Source: a virus
Taxonomy: Duplodnaviria > Caudoviricetes
IMG/VR virus record: IMGVR_UViG_3300030519_000020
Location: 1 to 57,262 of that record
Length of the DNA: 57,262 nt
Reading direction: 5' to 3' (one strand)
This document shows positions 1 to 10,071 of the stretch, piece by piece (within the stretch, counting starts at the first letter, position 1; each line of letters begins with the position of its first letter). Both the position numbers and the translations under genes were made by a program. Below the pieces are notes generated by a model, which saw only the letters and a list, made by a program, of their open reading frames with translations, was not told the DNA's origin and searched no databases.

Positions 1-317
1 TTCCTGACGGATCAGTTCCTCGTAAACGTGCCCCATGGCTAGCCTATTTCAATCTGGAAGGGTTCTTCCATGCCCCAGCCCTGGAGGACCGTGAGCATGT
101 TTTCCTCGTGGACGATGACGAAGGCCATCGCCCCGAAGGTCAGGAGCCATGCCAGGGTCACAAAGAGCTGGGCGGCGAAAAACTTGAGGGGGTTCAAGGG
201 TCCTCCTTTTGGACATGCGTTGAAGTGGTCGCGGGGCACGGAGTCGAAAACCGTGATTGCAGCACCGACTGGGCTGGCGTCCTGCCGTTGGACGACCCCG
301 CGTGATCCAGGACAAAC

Positions 318-560
318 TCAACTCGCGGCATGGGTCAGCATCAAAGCCGCCCGTAGCTGCCAGCCGATAAATTGGGTGTAGGCCGGCGGGATCGCCTGGG
401 CCATTTCGTCACGGTTCATCCAGTCGATATCCATGGCCCTCCTGGCGTAGGCCACCCCGGAGAAGTTCCCTATCACATGGATGAATTCGCCGTCCTTGGG
501 CTTGCGGCCCATCTTGGTCTGACGGGCGGCATGTTCCGGGTGCGCCGGCCCGGTAAATCG
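318..560 (-). pseudogene. C-terminal remnant of a phage DNA (cytosine) methyltransferase-like gene
   Basis: Frame reads PAHPEHAARQTKMGRKPKDGEFIHVIGNFSGVAYARRAMDIDWMNRDEMAQAIPPAYTQFIG, resembling the C-terminus of phage SAM-dependent DNA methylases. An in-frame TGA lies just upstream and no catalytic N-terminal part is present. Confidence 0.6.
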
Positions 561-835
561 GGCCTCTGGCCTCGTCCTGGCGCTGTCGCATCAGGGCGTC
601 AATATCGACCGGCGGGAACTGGTCGAAGGGTCCCTTCCCGCACCGATCACACCGGTTGCTGGCGTCGGGGCCGAGCGGGATGTAGCCACCACAGGTGCAG
701 GTCGATAGGCTCATGGGCTCCCCTTTCTGGACAGGTGCTATCGGAAGTCCCAGGGCATCGGTTTGCGGCGGCTGGGGATGATGAACGGAGCGCAGGTTAT
801 GGCGACGAACACCAGGACCAAAAGGCACCAATAGA

Positions 836-1132
836 TCATGGCTGTGGGTCCGGGGTTATCGCCCGGATGGCGATCTCATTCCCGATGGAATTTCCGTAGT
901 GGCCGCCGTTTCCGAGCCGCGCTAGTTTCTCCAGAGCCTCTCGGTAGCGCGAGAGAGTCCGGTCCTGCTGTTCGATCACCAGGGACAACGCACCGGTGTC
1001 AGCCTCCAGTTCCGCGACCCTGCGCTGGATCCGCTGAATTTCGGCCTCGCGCTTTCTGGCGATCTCCCGCCACGCGCTACCGGTCTGGGCAGCGTCATCG
1101 TCCTTCACTTCGACCTGAAATTTTTTGGGCAA
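836..1132 (-). CDS. hypothetical coiled-coil protein
   Basis: 98-aa ORF, GGAGG RBS, co-oriented with neighbours. Confidence 0.6.
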   Translation of the reverse strand: MPKKFQVEVKDDDAAQTGSAWREIARKREAEIQRIQRRVAELEADTGALSLVIEQQDRTLSRYREALEKLARLGNGGHYGNSIGNEIAIRAITPDPQP

Positions 1133-1263
1133 GGTTTCCTCCTTCCGAGGCTGGACAGATGTTGCATGTTAAATAATTCATTACCGTTGGTGCGCTCGGG
1201 TTTCGGTCGCGGACCGCACGGGCGCTGGGATCGTTGGGTGCGATCCGCGAAAAGCGCAGGAAC

Positions 1264-2391
1264 CTACGGGATTCGCAGGAGGTTTGCTTCGGCCTGGAGC
1301 GCATCGGCCAACATCATACGCCGTTCGTCCTGGGTTTCGTTTGGCATGGTCCCAAACTTGATTCCCTTCTTAACCTTGGCGATCATCTGCTTGGTGAGCC
1401 CCTGCGGGTCGGTTAGGTTCTGTGCCTTGTAGGCAGTCTCAAAGCGCAGCGCCGACGCCTGGAATTCCGCCCTTGCCTTATCGGCGTAGGGGGTGTCGCC
1501 AGTGTAGTCGGCCTCCCGCTGGAACGTGGACTTGTTCGCGGCCGGGGCGGGAGTAGGAGCAGGGGCGTCAACCGTCTTGGCCATGGCCTTGCGCAGTTTA
1601 TCGATCCTGGCTTCCAGACTGGGAAGCACCTTCTCTGCGGGGTCAGTGCGCTTCCGCCCTTCCCACTTTTCTTTCTCGGCATTGTAAAGGTCGGGCTGAC
1701 CGCCTGCCTTGAAGATGTTGTAGAGGTCGGTCTGCACCAGTGTAGCGAACCGGCCCTGGGCCTCGATGGTCCAGCCTTCCACGATGGGGTCCGGGTCTGG
1801 TTCGCGCCTGAGCTTGTCGTCCTGGTTGGCGCCCACGACCGGTTCGGCCGGCGGCGGTTGGGGTACCCCAACGGCAACTTTCTTGGCGGTAGCGGGATCC
1901 ACATCCCACGGTTTGTTGTTCAGGTATTTGTTCCCGTCGCACAACCCGTCATGGATGTCCCCACCTAGGCCGAGCCAGGAGCAGCACTTGGAGAATGCGT
2001 CAGTGTAGGCCTTTTTGAACGCTTCGTCGTCGCATTCCACGGTGTTGATCGTTCCGTCCGCATTCTTCCGCTGGCGCTCTGGCTTCACGGAGTCGAACGC
2101 CACGTCGCCGCCGTAGTGCGGTCCCACCTCGTTCCATTCCTTGTCCCCGGTCTCTTTGTAGAGCAGGGAGAGCAGCACGTAGACGGCCACCACCCCCGTC
2201 TGGGACTCGACAACGCGGGTGTCGTAGTGCTTGACCATCCATCCCTTGCCGCACAGGCCGAAGCGCTCGGTGAGCCGCTTGACCAGGTAGTAAGGAGATA
2301 CGGACTTTCCCTTGAACCCTCCGGGGCGACTGAACTCCTTGATCTCGTCTGCAGGAGTTGCAAAGAATGCGGTGAATGTATCGTTCTGCAT
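1264..2391 (-). CDS. Rad52/Sak-like single-strand annealing protein
   Basis: Motifs SPYYLVKRLTERFGLCGKGW and DDEAFKKAYTDAFSKCCSWLGLGGDI. Start moved to ATG 2391 behind a GGAGG RBS. Confidence 0.65.
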   Translation of the reverse strand: MQNDTFTAFFATPADEIKEFSRPGGFKGKSVSPYYLVKRLTERFGLCGKGWMVKHYDTRVVESQTGVVAVYVLLSLLYKETGDKEWNEVGPHYGGDVAFDSVKPERQRKNADGTINTVECDDEAFKKAYTDAFSKCCSWLGLGGDIHDGLCDGNKYLNNKPWDVDPATAKKVAVGVPQPPPAEPVVGANQDDKLRREPDPDPIVEGWTIEAQGRFATLVQTDLYNIFKAGGQPDLYNAEKEKWEGRKRTDPAEKVLPSLEARIDKLRKAMAKTVDAPAPTPAPAANKSTFQREADYTGDTPYADKARAEFQASALRFETAYKAQNLTDPQGLTKQMIAKVKKGIKFGTMPNETQDERRMMLADALQAEANLLRIP

Positions 2392-2393
2392 GG

Positions 2394-3368
2394 TTATCGT
2401 CCTCCGATACGGATCTGTTCTTTGATTGAAACCCCAGGGTAAGCACCCGGAGCCAATTTGGTGATGTCCGGGAAGTCCTTGCACAGCACTTTCATCAGCG
2501 CATTCAACAGAACCGGATCCGGACTGCACAAGTTGCGCGGGACTAGATTCGGGTCGATGATCTCCCAGACGAGCGGATAGCTGGTCTTCGTCCCTACGGC
2601 CGTGACGGGGGCGACATAGTTGGCCGGCAGAGATACGTTCTTGACCAGCGCGGCCGATTCGTGCAGGGCCTCACGGTAGCCGTCCTTGGCATCCTCCAGG
2701 TCGTCTTCCAAGATCGCGGCCAAGAATGGGTTAGGAGCGGAGACGACCGCTTGGGTAGCCTCTCGGAGTGTCGTAGCGGCCTCGTCCTTGATTCGCTGCG
2801 CTTCCGCCTCGGCCTCGTCCTTGATCCGCTGGGCTTCGGCTTCCTGCTTGCGCAGATCCTCCCGTTCCCGCGCCTTGAACGCGACCATCGGCAACTCATA
2901 GCGTTGAAGTTCGACCAGCAGGATCTTTTCTGCCGCTTTGAACCGGTCGTCAATGTTGCGCTTCACTTGGAGGATCGGGGCCGTGAGTTTCACCCGGTCC
3001 TTCTCGTTGTCGGCGAGCATCTTCTTGATCTTGGCGAACCCCAAGGACGCCTGCTCGTAGTCTTCGGCAGTCTTGACCACTACCGGCGCGGCTTGGGTTG
3101 CGAGTGTCTGAGCCTTGCGTTCGGCGGCCTCAGCGGAGGCTTCAGGACCAAGAATCTCGCCCTCTAAAGTAGGGTTCTCTTGGGCGACCTCCGGGGCCGA
3201 TTCTGGCTTCGGGGTGCCGAGGATGAGCGCGGCCTGATCTTTGATCTGCTCATCGGTCGGGTCCGACTTGAGAAAGTCCGGGATCACGAACAGAGAGTGC
3301 CGCAGCCCCTTGAATTCTTCACCCGGGAACAATGCCCGGATGCGTTCCCTTGCCTCATCGTTTGCCAT
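2394..3368 (-). CDS. coiled-coil phage protein of the recombination module
   Basis: 324 aa, long coiled coil, C-terminal WEIIDPNLVPR...PGV motif, AGGAGG RBS, next to the annealase. Confidence 0.7.
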   Translation of the reverse strand: MANDEARERIRALFPGEEFKGLRHSLFVIPDFLKSDPTDEQIKDQAALILGTPKPESAPEVAQENPTLEGEILGPEASAEAAERKAQTLATQAAPVVVKTAEDYEQASLGFAKIKKMLADNEKDRVKLTAPILQVKRNIDDRFKAAEKILLVELQRYELPMVAFKAREREDLRKQEAEAQRIKDEAEAEAQRIKDEAATTLREATQAVVSAPNPFLAAILEDDLEDAKDGYREALHESAALVKNVSLPANYVAPVTAVGTKTSYPLVWEIIDPNLVPRNLCSPDPVLLNALMKVLCKDFPDITKLAPGAYPGVSIKEQIRIGGR

Positions 3369-3412
3369 ATGATTCCTCCTTGATACAGATTAGATTGTAA
3401 ATTCGATTCACG

Positions 3413-3700
3413 CTAGCCAAGTTCAGGCCATTTTATTTTTTCTCGCCGGGTATGCTCCGCTTGCAAGGTTGACAGCCATTGGCGGGACCGTTCCAGCGCT
3501 TCTCCTAGGGTGAAAGCAGGGACCAAGTGCGCAACTTGTTTCTTCCACTCCCTCACCTTGGCCGGGTCCAGTCCGGCCAGCATCGCGCACAGGCCAGCCT
3601 CTTCCACCTGGAGTTTGGCGATGGCAGATTCCAGGTGCCGGTCCGCCATCGCCTCGATAGGGACGGATTTTCCGGAATGGCTCGGGTATGGTTTGCTCAT
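3413..3700 (-). CDS. hypothetical protein
   Basis: 95-aa ORF with a protein-like composition in the gene run. Confidence 0.6.
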   Translation of the reverse strand: MSKPYPSHSGKSVPIEAMADRHLESAIAKLQVEEAGLCAMLAGLDPAKVREWKKQVAHLVPAFTLGEALERSRQWLSTLQAEHTRREKIKWPELG

Positions 3701-3916
3701 GGGCAGGTGTTACTGATTGGGGAATTGATCGAACGAGGGGCAGTCGTAACCGGAATCCGGCTGGACCTGGGGATCGCCTCCCTGTGCCCAAAATGGGACC
3801 GAGCAATCACAGGTGTAGACCGTCCCATACAGGGATTTTGGTGGCTCGGTCACGTTGATGTGGACGCACTTGTCGCAGCGGTTCACGGCAGTCTCCTGGA
3901 CAGTTACTTGACAGAT

Positions 3917-4225
3917 TCATCCCGTGGTTTGGGCGGGCATCTTGCGATACCGCCGGTTGTTTTCTTCGCCGTTCTCCGCGCAATACCCGCATTTTGTTTG
4001 CCCGTCGATGGCTTCGGCCTTGCCGCAGATCACGCAAACCCCCAGTGCTTTCCATATCGGCCGGACCCTGGCAAGGTATTTGGCCGATGCCGCCCGCTTC
4101 TTGTCCCGGCACGGCCGGCAGTAGAGATCCGCGCACAGCGTCCCGCATTTCACGCATTGGCCGGCGGCCTTGCGCTTGGCGTAGAGCCGGCGCTTCTGTG
4201 CCCGGTCGGTCAAGATGTTGCTCAC
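3917..4225 (-). CDS. Cys-rich zinc-finger protein
   Basis: Four CxxC pairs (CVKC, CRPC, CVIC, CGYC). Confidence 0.7.
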   Translation of the reverse strand: MSNILTDRAQKRRLYAKRKAAGQCVKCGTLCADLYCRPCRDKKRAASAKYLARVRPIWKALGVCVICGKAEAIDGQTKCGYCAENGEENNRRYRKMPAQTTG

Positions 4226-4551
4226 GGACGCACCAGGAGGACAGCAAACGGCAGAGGTTCAGGTTGGACCAGGTTCTGTGCCAGCGCTCCATCAAGGAGC
4301 CTATCCAGTGCAGCCACCAACATCGGTGACCATATCCTTTCCCGGGACTGGTGGGTGTACCACTCCGTCCCCAGCCGCGAAGCTTTGGCGAGATAGGCAG
4401 TATGCCAACGGAACGGTCCGCGCCGGACCTGGACTCGATAACGGAAGTCGCCATAACACAGCCGCTCAGCTTTGATCAGTTCGACCTTCACTTGGATCCT
4501 CCAATCCGGTGGGCCATCCATGCGCCTGGGCTTCTTCGACCTCGGCCGCAC
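4222..4551 (-). CDS. hypothetical protein (start uncertain)
   Basis: 4-bp overlap with the downstream gene. Confidence 0.5.
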   Translation of the reverse strand: MRPRSKKPRRMDGPPDWRIQVKVELIKAERLCYGDFRYRVQVRRGPFRWHTAYLAKASRLGTEWYTHQSRERIWSPMLVAALDRLLDGALAQNLVQPEPLPFAVLLVRP

Positions 4552-4924
4552 TGGCTAGTATAAGCTCATCCAAACTCCCAAACCATTCAGAATTTATTTT
4601 ATATCCGTGGCCAAGAGTCCATACCTTCCACCCTTGGGCTGTCGAGGCAATGAACACTCCTTTGTGGTCTCGCCATTTGTTCCGATACAGGACATACGGG
4701 ATACCGTGCAATCGGCATAAGTGAGACAAAGTGAAGGCTTCCTCTTGGGTTATCGTCCTGCTCCCGGGATGGGTTGCCATAGCCTGCACCTGGTCTGTGG
4801 TCGTTCCCAGAATCTGGGCTATCCCTACCAGCGTGAAACGGCGCTCCAGTGCCTCAAATATCCCTGGCAGATATTTAGGAGGTTTCACGATTGGCCAGCG
4901 CCATCTTGATCCTGTCTGCCTCAA
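4466..4924 (-). CDS. hypothetical protein with a possible HTH (start uncertain)
   Basis: FTLVGIAQILGTTTDQVQAM helix-turn-helix-like segment. Confidence 0.5.
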   Translation of the reverse strand: MRQTGSRWRWPIVKPPKYLPGIFEALERRFTLVGIAQILGTTTDQVQAMATHPGSRTITQEEAFTLSHLCRLHGIPYVLYRNKWRDHKGVFIASTAQGWKVWTLGHGYKINSEWFGSLDELILASAAEVEEAQAHGWPTGLEDPSEGRTDQS

Positions 4925-5136
4925 ACTGGGATTCTAGGTATTCGACCAAATTGAACGGTCCCGATGCTTGGATTTTGTCAATCTCGGCCAACCTGTTTCG
5001 AAGCAGTTCTGGTTTTACTCTGGCGTTGATATCCATGGGGTCCCTTCTGCGATGGTTAGAAGCCACAATGCAACGGCGCAGTCCATCGTGAGGATCAGGC
5101 ATGCGCCGGGAGATAAAAAATAGATGGGGAGCATGC

Positions 5137-5859
5137 CTATTGGCGCGGAGTAGAAATGCCAAACTCTCGAGCCACACGGAACATTGCTATGGCTGCGTTG
5201 TATTCGGCAAGAAAGCGGGGATTGTCTGCGTGTTCCTGACTGACCCTGGCCACAAAATCCTCCAGGGATCCACCCTGGTAATCGTTCCAGCAGCCGCACA
5301 CCACGCGATCCTCGTCGATCCAGTAGGTGGTGGTCGCGCGCCGGCTGCCGATGGGGCCAATCTGGAGGACATTGATTCCGTCGGCACCGCTCAGGTTGGC
5401 ACCGCTCAGGTTGGCACGGCTCAGGTCGGCACCGCACAGGTCGGCACGGATCAGGTCGGCACGGATCAGGTAGGCACCGTTCAGGTTGGCACCGCTCAGG
5501 TCAGCACCGCACAGGTCGGCGCCGCACAGGTCGGCACCGCTCAGGTTGGCACCGTTCAGGTAGGCACGGTTCAGGTAGGCACGGTTCAGGTTGGCACGGT
5601 TCAGGTCGGCACCGCTCAGGTCGGCACCGCGCAGGTCGGCACCGCTCAGGTTGGCACGGCTCAGGTCGGCGCCGCTCAGGTGGGCACCGTTCAGGTAGGC
5701 ACCGTTCAGGTAGGCACGGTTCAGGTTGGCACGGTTCAGGTAGGCACCGCTCAGGTCGGCACCGCTCAGGTTGGCACGGACGCCGCCATTGGCATCAGCC
5801 AGCCACAGGGCATGCAGGCGGATGACCTCTTTCAGTTCGTCGGGGCTGTAGGTCTTCAT
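5137..5859 (-). CDS. pentapeptide-repeat protein 1
   Basis: About 25 A(D/N/Y)Lxx repeats; C-terminal domain IGPIGSRRATTTY...CGCW; AGGAG RBS before ATG 5859. Confidence 0.9.
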   Translation of the reverse strand: MKTYSPDELKEVIRLHALWLADANGGVRANLSGADLSGAYLNRANLNRAYLNGAYLNGAHLSGADLSRANLSGADLRGADLSGADLNRANLNRAYLNRAYLNGANLSGADLCGADLCGADLSGANLNGAYLIRADLIRADLCGADLSRANLSGANLSGADGINVLQIGPIGSRRATTTYWIDEDRVVCGCWNDYQGGSLEDFVARVSQEHADNPRFLAEYNAAIAMFRVAREFGISTPRQ

Positions 5860-5970
5860 GGTGGATCTCCTGGGGTCAAAACCCCATGTAATTGGGGATG
5901 GGTGAATTAGCGATGATGCCCCATGCGATGGCGGCACCTACGATGATCAGGATGATTCGGTGCCGGTCCA

Positions 5971-6255
5971 TTAGAACGGCTCCGGAGTTTGGCCGAGGAA
6001 CCTGGCGTCTTCGGCGCAGTCCCCTGGGACTATCGGTTCTGGGTTGGCGTTGTCACGGTATACGTGGTAGGCCAGCAGTTCCCGGCACTTCTCCGCGCCG
6101 GCCAAGAGTTCCTGATACGTTGCCTCAAGTTCCTCTCTGTCAGTGGTCCACACTCGGCCAGAACATTGGCAATCAGGGGAGGACATATTAGCCGAAAAGA
6201 TCGGCGGTTCCCCGTCCCGCATCAAGACAGTGAAACTGATGATTGGGTGTTTCAT
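5971..6255 (-). CDS. hypothetical protein
   Basis: 94 aa, ATGA-coupled to the upstream gene. Confidence 0.6.
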   Translation of the reverse strand: MKHPIISFTVLMRDGEPPIFSANMSSPDCQCSGRVWTTDREELEATYQELLAGAEKCRELLAYHVYRDNANPEPIVPGDCAEDARFLGQTPEPF

Positions 6256-6446
6256 AGTTCCCTCAGCCTGGTAATCCCATTGTTCGGATCAATATATAGT
6301 TCCGGGATCACGTTTTCCGGAACCTCGATGTAGCCCTCTGGAGAACCAGTTTCGGACTCCCATACTTCGTCCTCACTGGCGTTCCGGATGTATTCGCCTA
6401 CCTCCGTCAAGAGGTGGCCGTGGTCTACATAGACGCGCATGGTCAC
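6252..6446 (-). CDS. hypothetical protein
   Basis: 64 aa, 4-bp overlaps on both sides. Confidence 0.6.
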   Translation of the reverse strand: MTMRVYVDHGHLLTEVGEYIRNASEDEVWESETGSPEGYIEVPENVIPELYIDPNNGITRLREL

Positions 6447-7252
6447 AAGTTGTATGCCTCAGCCTCTTCCTTAGTCAGGAAGAAATTGATGCCATGGGAA
6501 CATGTATCCCACCTGTTGTCGTCCCAGGAATCAGCCGTGACGCGCTGGCCAGCTCGATAAATGGTTCTTGGTGTGTGGTCCGAGTAGCATTCTTCGGCTC
6601 CGATCACCTCTAGCACATTCACAAACTCGGCCCGACATTTCCGCTCTGCGCCATGGGATCGCCGGGCATCTTCCGGGACCAACAGTTTAACGATGACATC
6701 ACCACTGACGGAGTGACACTTCTTCCAGGCCCAGAACGGCCCGGTTGGCGGGATGTGCATCCTTATTGCTAGCGCGAGTTCCGCTCCCTTGGCACCGTTC
6801 AGGTCGGCACGGTTCAGGTTGGCCCCGCTCAGGTTGGCACCGATCAGGTTGGCGTCGCGCAGGTTGGCACCGCTCAGGTAGGCACCGTTCAGGTCGGCAC
6901 GGCTCAGGTAGGCACCGTTCAGGTAGGCCCGGCTCAGGTCGGCACCGTTCAGGTAGGCGTCGCGCAGGTTGGCACCGCTCAGGTAGGCCCCGCTCAGGTC
7001 GGCCCAGCTCAGGTTGGCCCCGCTCAGGTTGGCCCCGATCAGGTAGGCGTCGCGCAGTTCGGCCCGGCTCAGGTCGGCCCCGCTCAGGTAGGCACCGCGC
7101 AGGTTGGCCCCGCTCAGGTCGGCCCGGCTCAGGTTGGCACCGCTCAGGTCGGCACCGCGCAGGTCGGCACGGACGCCGCCATCAGCATCGGCCAGCCACA
7201 GGGCATGCAGGCGGATAACCTCTTTCAGTTCGTCGGGGCTGTAGGTCTTCAT
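6443..7252 (-). CDS. pentapeptide-repeat protein 2 with DUF5758-like C-terminal domain
   Basis: Pentapeptide repeats followed by WKKC..IVKLLVPEDARRS..RKCRAE..CSHGINFFLTKEEA. Confidence 0.9.
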   Translation of the reverse strand: MKTYSPDELKEVIRLHALWLADADGGVRADLRGADLSGANLSRADLSGANLRGAYLSGADLSRAELRDAYLIGANLSGANLSWADLSGAYLSGANLRDAYLNGADLSRAYLNGAYLSRADLNGAYLSGANLRDANLIGANLSGANLNRADLNGAKGAELALAIRMHIPPTGPFWAWKKCHSVSGDVIVKLLVPEDARRSHGAERKCRAEFVNVLEVIGAEECYSDHTPRTIYRAGQRVTADSWDDNRWDTCSHGINFFLTKEEAEAYNL

Positions 7253-7422
7253 TTCAGTTCTCCGTTCCCTTGGGGCTCAGGGTGAGCAGAGTTTGGTTGG
7301 CCAGGGCGACAAACGCCCGGTGAATAGCGATGGTCCGAGCCATGGCGTATAGGTGGTCATCCATGGCTAGCTGGTAGCCGATCTGTTTAATTTCTCGGGT
7401 GGAGTCCTTTTTTGCCATTGGG

Positions 7423-7710
7423 TCACGCATGGTGGCTCCTGGAATAGATATCATCGATAATGTTGCCGCAGGCGATCCAGAACAGCCGCACCAAGTTCAT
7501 GGCGTCGTCGGCTAGTTCGGTCGCGTCCCACGCGCCGTATTCTCCCAGCTCGTCGCGCACTGCGTCAGGATCCAGTTTGGCCAGCTGGCGCCGGTAGCGG
7601 AACTCATCCATTGCGGCCCGCACGTCCGCGTCACAGTCGCCGGGATGGCTGCACTGTTCGGCCGTGGTCCTGGTGATGTTCAACTCAAAGCGATTGAATA
7701 ATGCCCACAT
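7423..7710 (-). CDS. conserved-type phage hypothetical protein
   Basis: CSHPGDCDADV..ELGEYGAWD..LFWIACG; GGAGG RBS. Confidence 0.7.
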   Translation of the reverse strand: MWALFNRFELNITRTTAEQCSHPGDCDADVRAAMDEFRYRRQLAKLDPDAVRDELGEYGAWDATELADDAMNLVRLFWIACGNIIDDIYSRSHHA

Positions 7711-7926
7711 GGTGACCTCCGGTTAGATGACGTGTCCGAGCATGGCGCGGTCAGAGAGGAAGGCAATGGATTGAGCCAGCCATGGCAGTTTGGGATCCTG
7801 CGCGGCCAGGGATGCCAGATAGCGCAAAAGATGGTTGTTTGTATAGGGGCCTTTGTCCATGGTGTTCCTCCGGTGTTAGGTGATGAGTGGAACGGCACGG
7901 ATGCCGCTCCCGTCATAACCTAGCGA

Positions 7927-8238
7927 TTACAGCCAGCGCTGATTGAGCGCATACCCCAATGCGGATGACAACGCGTAGACAATGGCAAATCCCATATCCA
8001 TGCCGCACCCGGTGATCCGAATCGCATCGGAATGGCCGTTGATGGCATATCCCAGGACCCGGGCCGCGTGATAGGACAAATAGCGCGGGCCATCGCCCTC
8101 CAGCGTCAAGAGACGGATGTGTCGGCACATCCCAGAGCGGGACACGCTGTCTAGGATGGTGTATACGGTCATCCCGGGGGTAAGCCATCCCAAGAGGGCG
8201 GCTCGTGATTCGGCAATTTCAACTTTGGTATATTTCAT
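7927..8238 (-). CDS. conserved-type phage hypothetical protein
   Basis: VSRSGMCRHI..GCGMDMGFAIVYALS motif. Confidence 0.75.
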   Translation of the reverse strand: MKYTKVEIAESRAALLGWLTPGMTVYTILDSVSRSGMCRHIRLLTLEGDGPRYLSYHAARVLGYAINGHSDAIRITGCGMDMGFAIVYALSSALGYALNQRWL

Positions 8239-8324
8239 GGTATCCCCTATCGGCAGAAATGGACGGTGATGGTTGCGATTACGACGAAGGCAAGGAGAAA
8301 GCGGCCGAAGTGGTTCATATTTAT

Positions 8325-8492
8325 CTACCCTTCGCGGACATAGCAGCGGTGCCCACCCACCCGAATGACACCCTCATAGCCGCAGTCACGGACGGTCTGG
8401 GACATCTCATCCATGGCCGCCTGGAGGGTCTCTTGGGTAAATTCTACGCCAGCTTCGCTGAGGTTGGCGTTGATGTTGCGGATGGTGATCAT
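8325..8492 (-). CDS. hypothetical protein, first gene of the early operon
   Basis: AGGAG RBS before ATG 8492. Confidence 0.55.
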   Translation of the reverse strand: MITIRNINANLSEAGVEFTQETLQAAMDEMSQTVRDCGYEGVIRVGGHRCYVREG

Positions 8493-8695
8493 TTCTTCTC
8501 CTATGATTGGGTGGTGGTTATGCAGCGGGTCATGAGAGGCCCGCCGTATCTCCATCATGCGTTCCCAGGTCTACCGACGATGCACCAGCTCCATCTGATC
8601 CGGGCCTGTCCCCGTCTCTCCGTTCGGTAGTCATGTGCCAGGCTGACCCAAAGAGTGCTGCTGGCTTGTCAATGATCCGTTTCTTTGATACCCAT

Positions 8696-8724
8696 AGTTT
8701 ACTGCGTAGTGCATGACTCGTCAA
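8696..8724 (-). promoter_or_regulatory. sigma70-type early promoter
   Basis: TTGACG-17 nt-TAAACT on the minus strand. Confidence 0.7.
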
Positions 8725-8737
8725 GAGGTAGGGCGAA

Positions 8738-8953
8738 TTATTTTTTAAATTCTTTCGGCATAGCCAGCCGGTGCAGTCGGCAGTACTGCTCCAAGAGCTG
8801 CATCACCGCCATCCCTGGTCTGGTCTGCCCATGGGCGATGCGCCACAAAGACGTAGTGGCTCGCAGCCCGATCTCTGATGCCAGCTCCCGCACCGATCCA
8901 GCTACGTTGATCAGCGGTATCCACTCTGCCGGGAACGTTGTAGGTCTGGACAT
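8738..8953 (-). CDS. Cro/XRE-like HTH regulator
   Basis: GSVRELASEIGLRATTSLWRIAHGQTRPG; GGAG RBS; lies at the divergent control region. Confidence 0.7.
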   Translation of the reverse strand: MSRPTTFPAEWIPLINVAGSVRELASEIGLRATTSLWRIAHGQTRPGMAVMQLLEQYCRLHRLAMPKEFKK

Positions 8954-9383
8954 ATTTACTCCCCACACAGTATCATGCATCACGCACCCACACACAAGGG
9001 GCCATTGCATACCTATTTCACTCCGGATCAATACCAAGTGGTAGTCGCATCGCCTCCGAAGCAGGCAGTCAAGCGAGTGGACCGCGCCAGCGGGTAACGA
9101 CCTTGACGGCCGGCAATGCCGCACACACTTGCGACCGCAAGGGAGACTCGCAGAGGATCCCTTGGACACCGGGACTCACTGATCACCCACTTACCACGTC
9201 CGACTCCGCCTGGGCCCTCCCACCCCCTAGCAATCGCCATCCATCCGCCACCCCCTCGACCCCGCTGTTACCATTTGGGGGTAAGGGGGCAGGTTCAGTG
9301 GTCATGAGTAGAAACTTTCAGTCTATGGTAAAAACTTTTCATACCATTAATACCGACTGATTGATTAATCGGAGTGGATAGCT

Positions 9384-9472
9384 GATTCACTGCTGGGAGT
9401 TCTGCTGCCGGCCAGGTCTATGGATTCACCGAGTTGAGATCGGATTCACCGGGATACAAGGTGGATTCACCG
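9384..9472. repeat. phased direct repeats GGATTCACCG x3 (plus one partial)
   Basis: Copies at 9422, 9442 and 9463 (20-21 bp spacing); GATTCAC at 9384. Confidence 0.85.
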
Positions 9473-10071
9473 GTCCACCCATAATCTTTCCCCACCACAG
9501 CATTCTCAAGCGGGAGCGGGGGGGGATGGTCGCGCGCGTGTGCGGGGTGGATGTCGGGCCATCCGGGTCGCGGCCCGCCTCGCTGCAGGTGTACGGATGC
9601 TGCATTGAGCACGTCATGAAGACTAGATAGTCCCTGGGGAGGGGGGTCATGGGGGAATGACGGTGGTTGAGACGGTGTGTAGAATAAAGGGTCCAAATTA
9701 CATTCGGCGGTATTTCGCCATGGGGATTATTTTTCTCGTGGAGAAATAATTAATTCCATTGGGAGGGCGTTCACTCGCTCACGCGGTTCACTTTATTTTT
9801 TCAAGGGAAACAGAATTTCATCCCAAGAGAAAATATATACACTGTCGTTCGGATAAGCGCTCATCAGTTCAGAGCGCGTTCCGATAAGACCGCCCTACCG
9901 GCGTGAGGTTGCGAGCCGAAGGCGAGATGCCCTGAAGAGATGAGAACCGGTACATGGGAGGGGTTCGGAGTAGTCGCCATAGTAACAAGAAGCAGAAATA
10001 GTACGTAACTTTTCTGAGTGTTCATGCGGTTCCCGGATTCCTGTAAGAAAGGTAAGAAAGTCGATCTGTAG

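Noticed and set aside
5101-5910. Plus-strand ORF with VGTAQ repeats (and the 6745-7218 RSG repeats)
   Set aside because: Reverse-frame read of the pentapeptide-repeat genes.
9900-9960. Hammerhead ribozyme suggested by CTGAAGA
   Set aside because: I could not find the matching GAAA core and three flanking stems.
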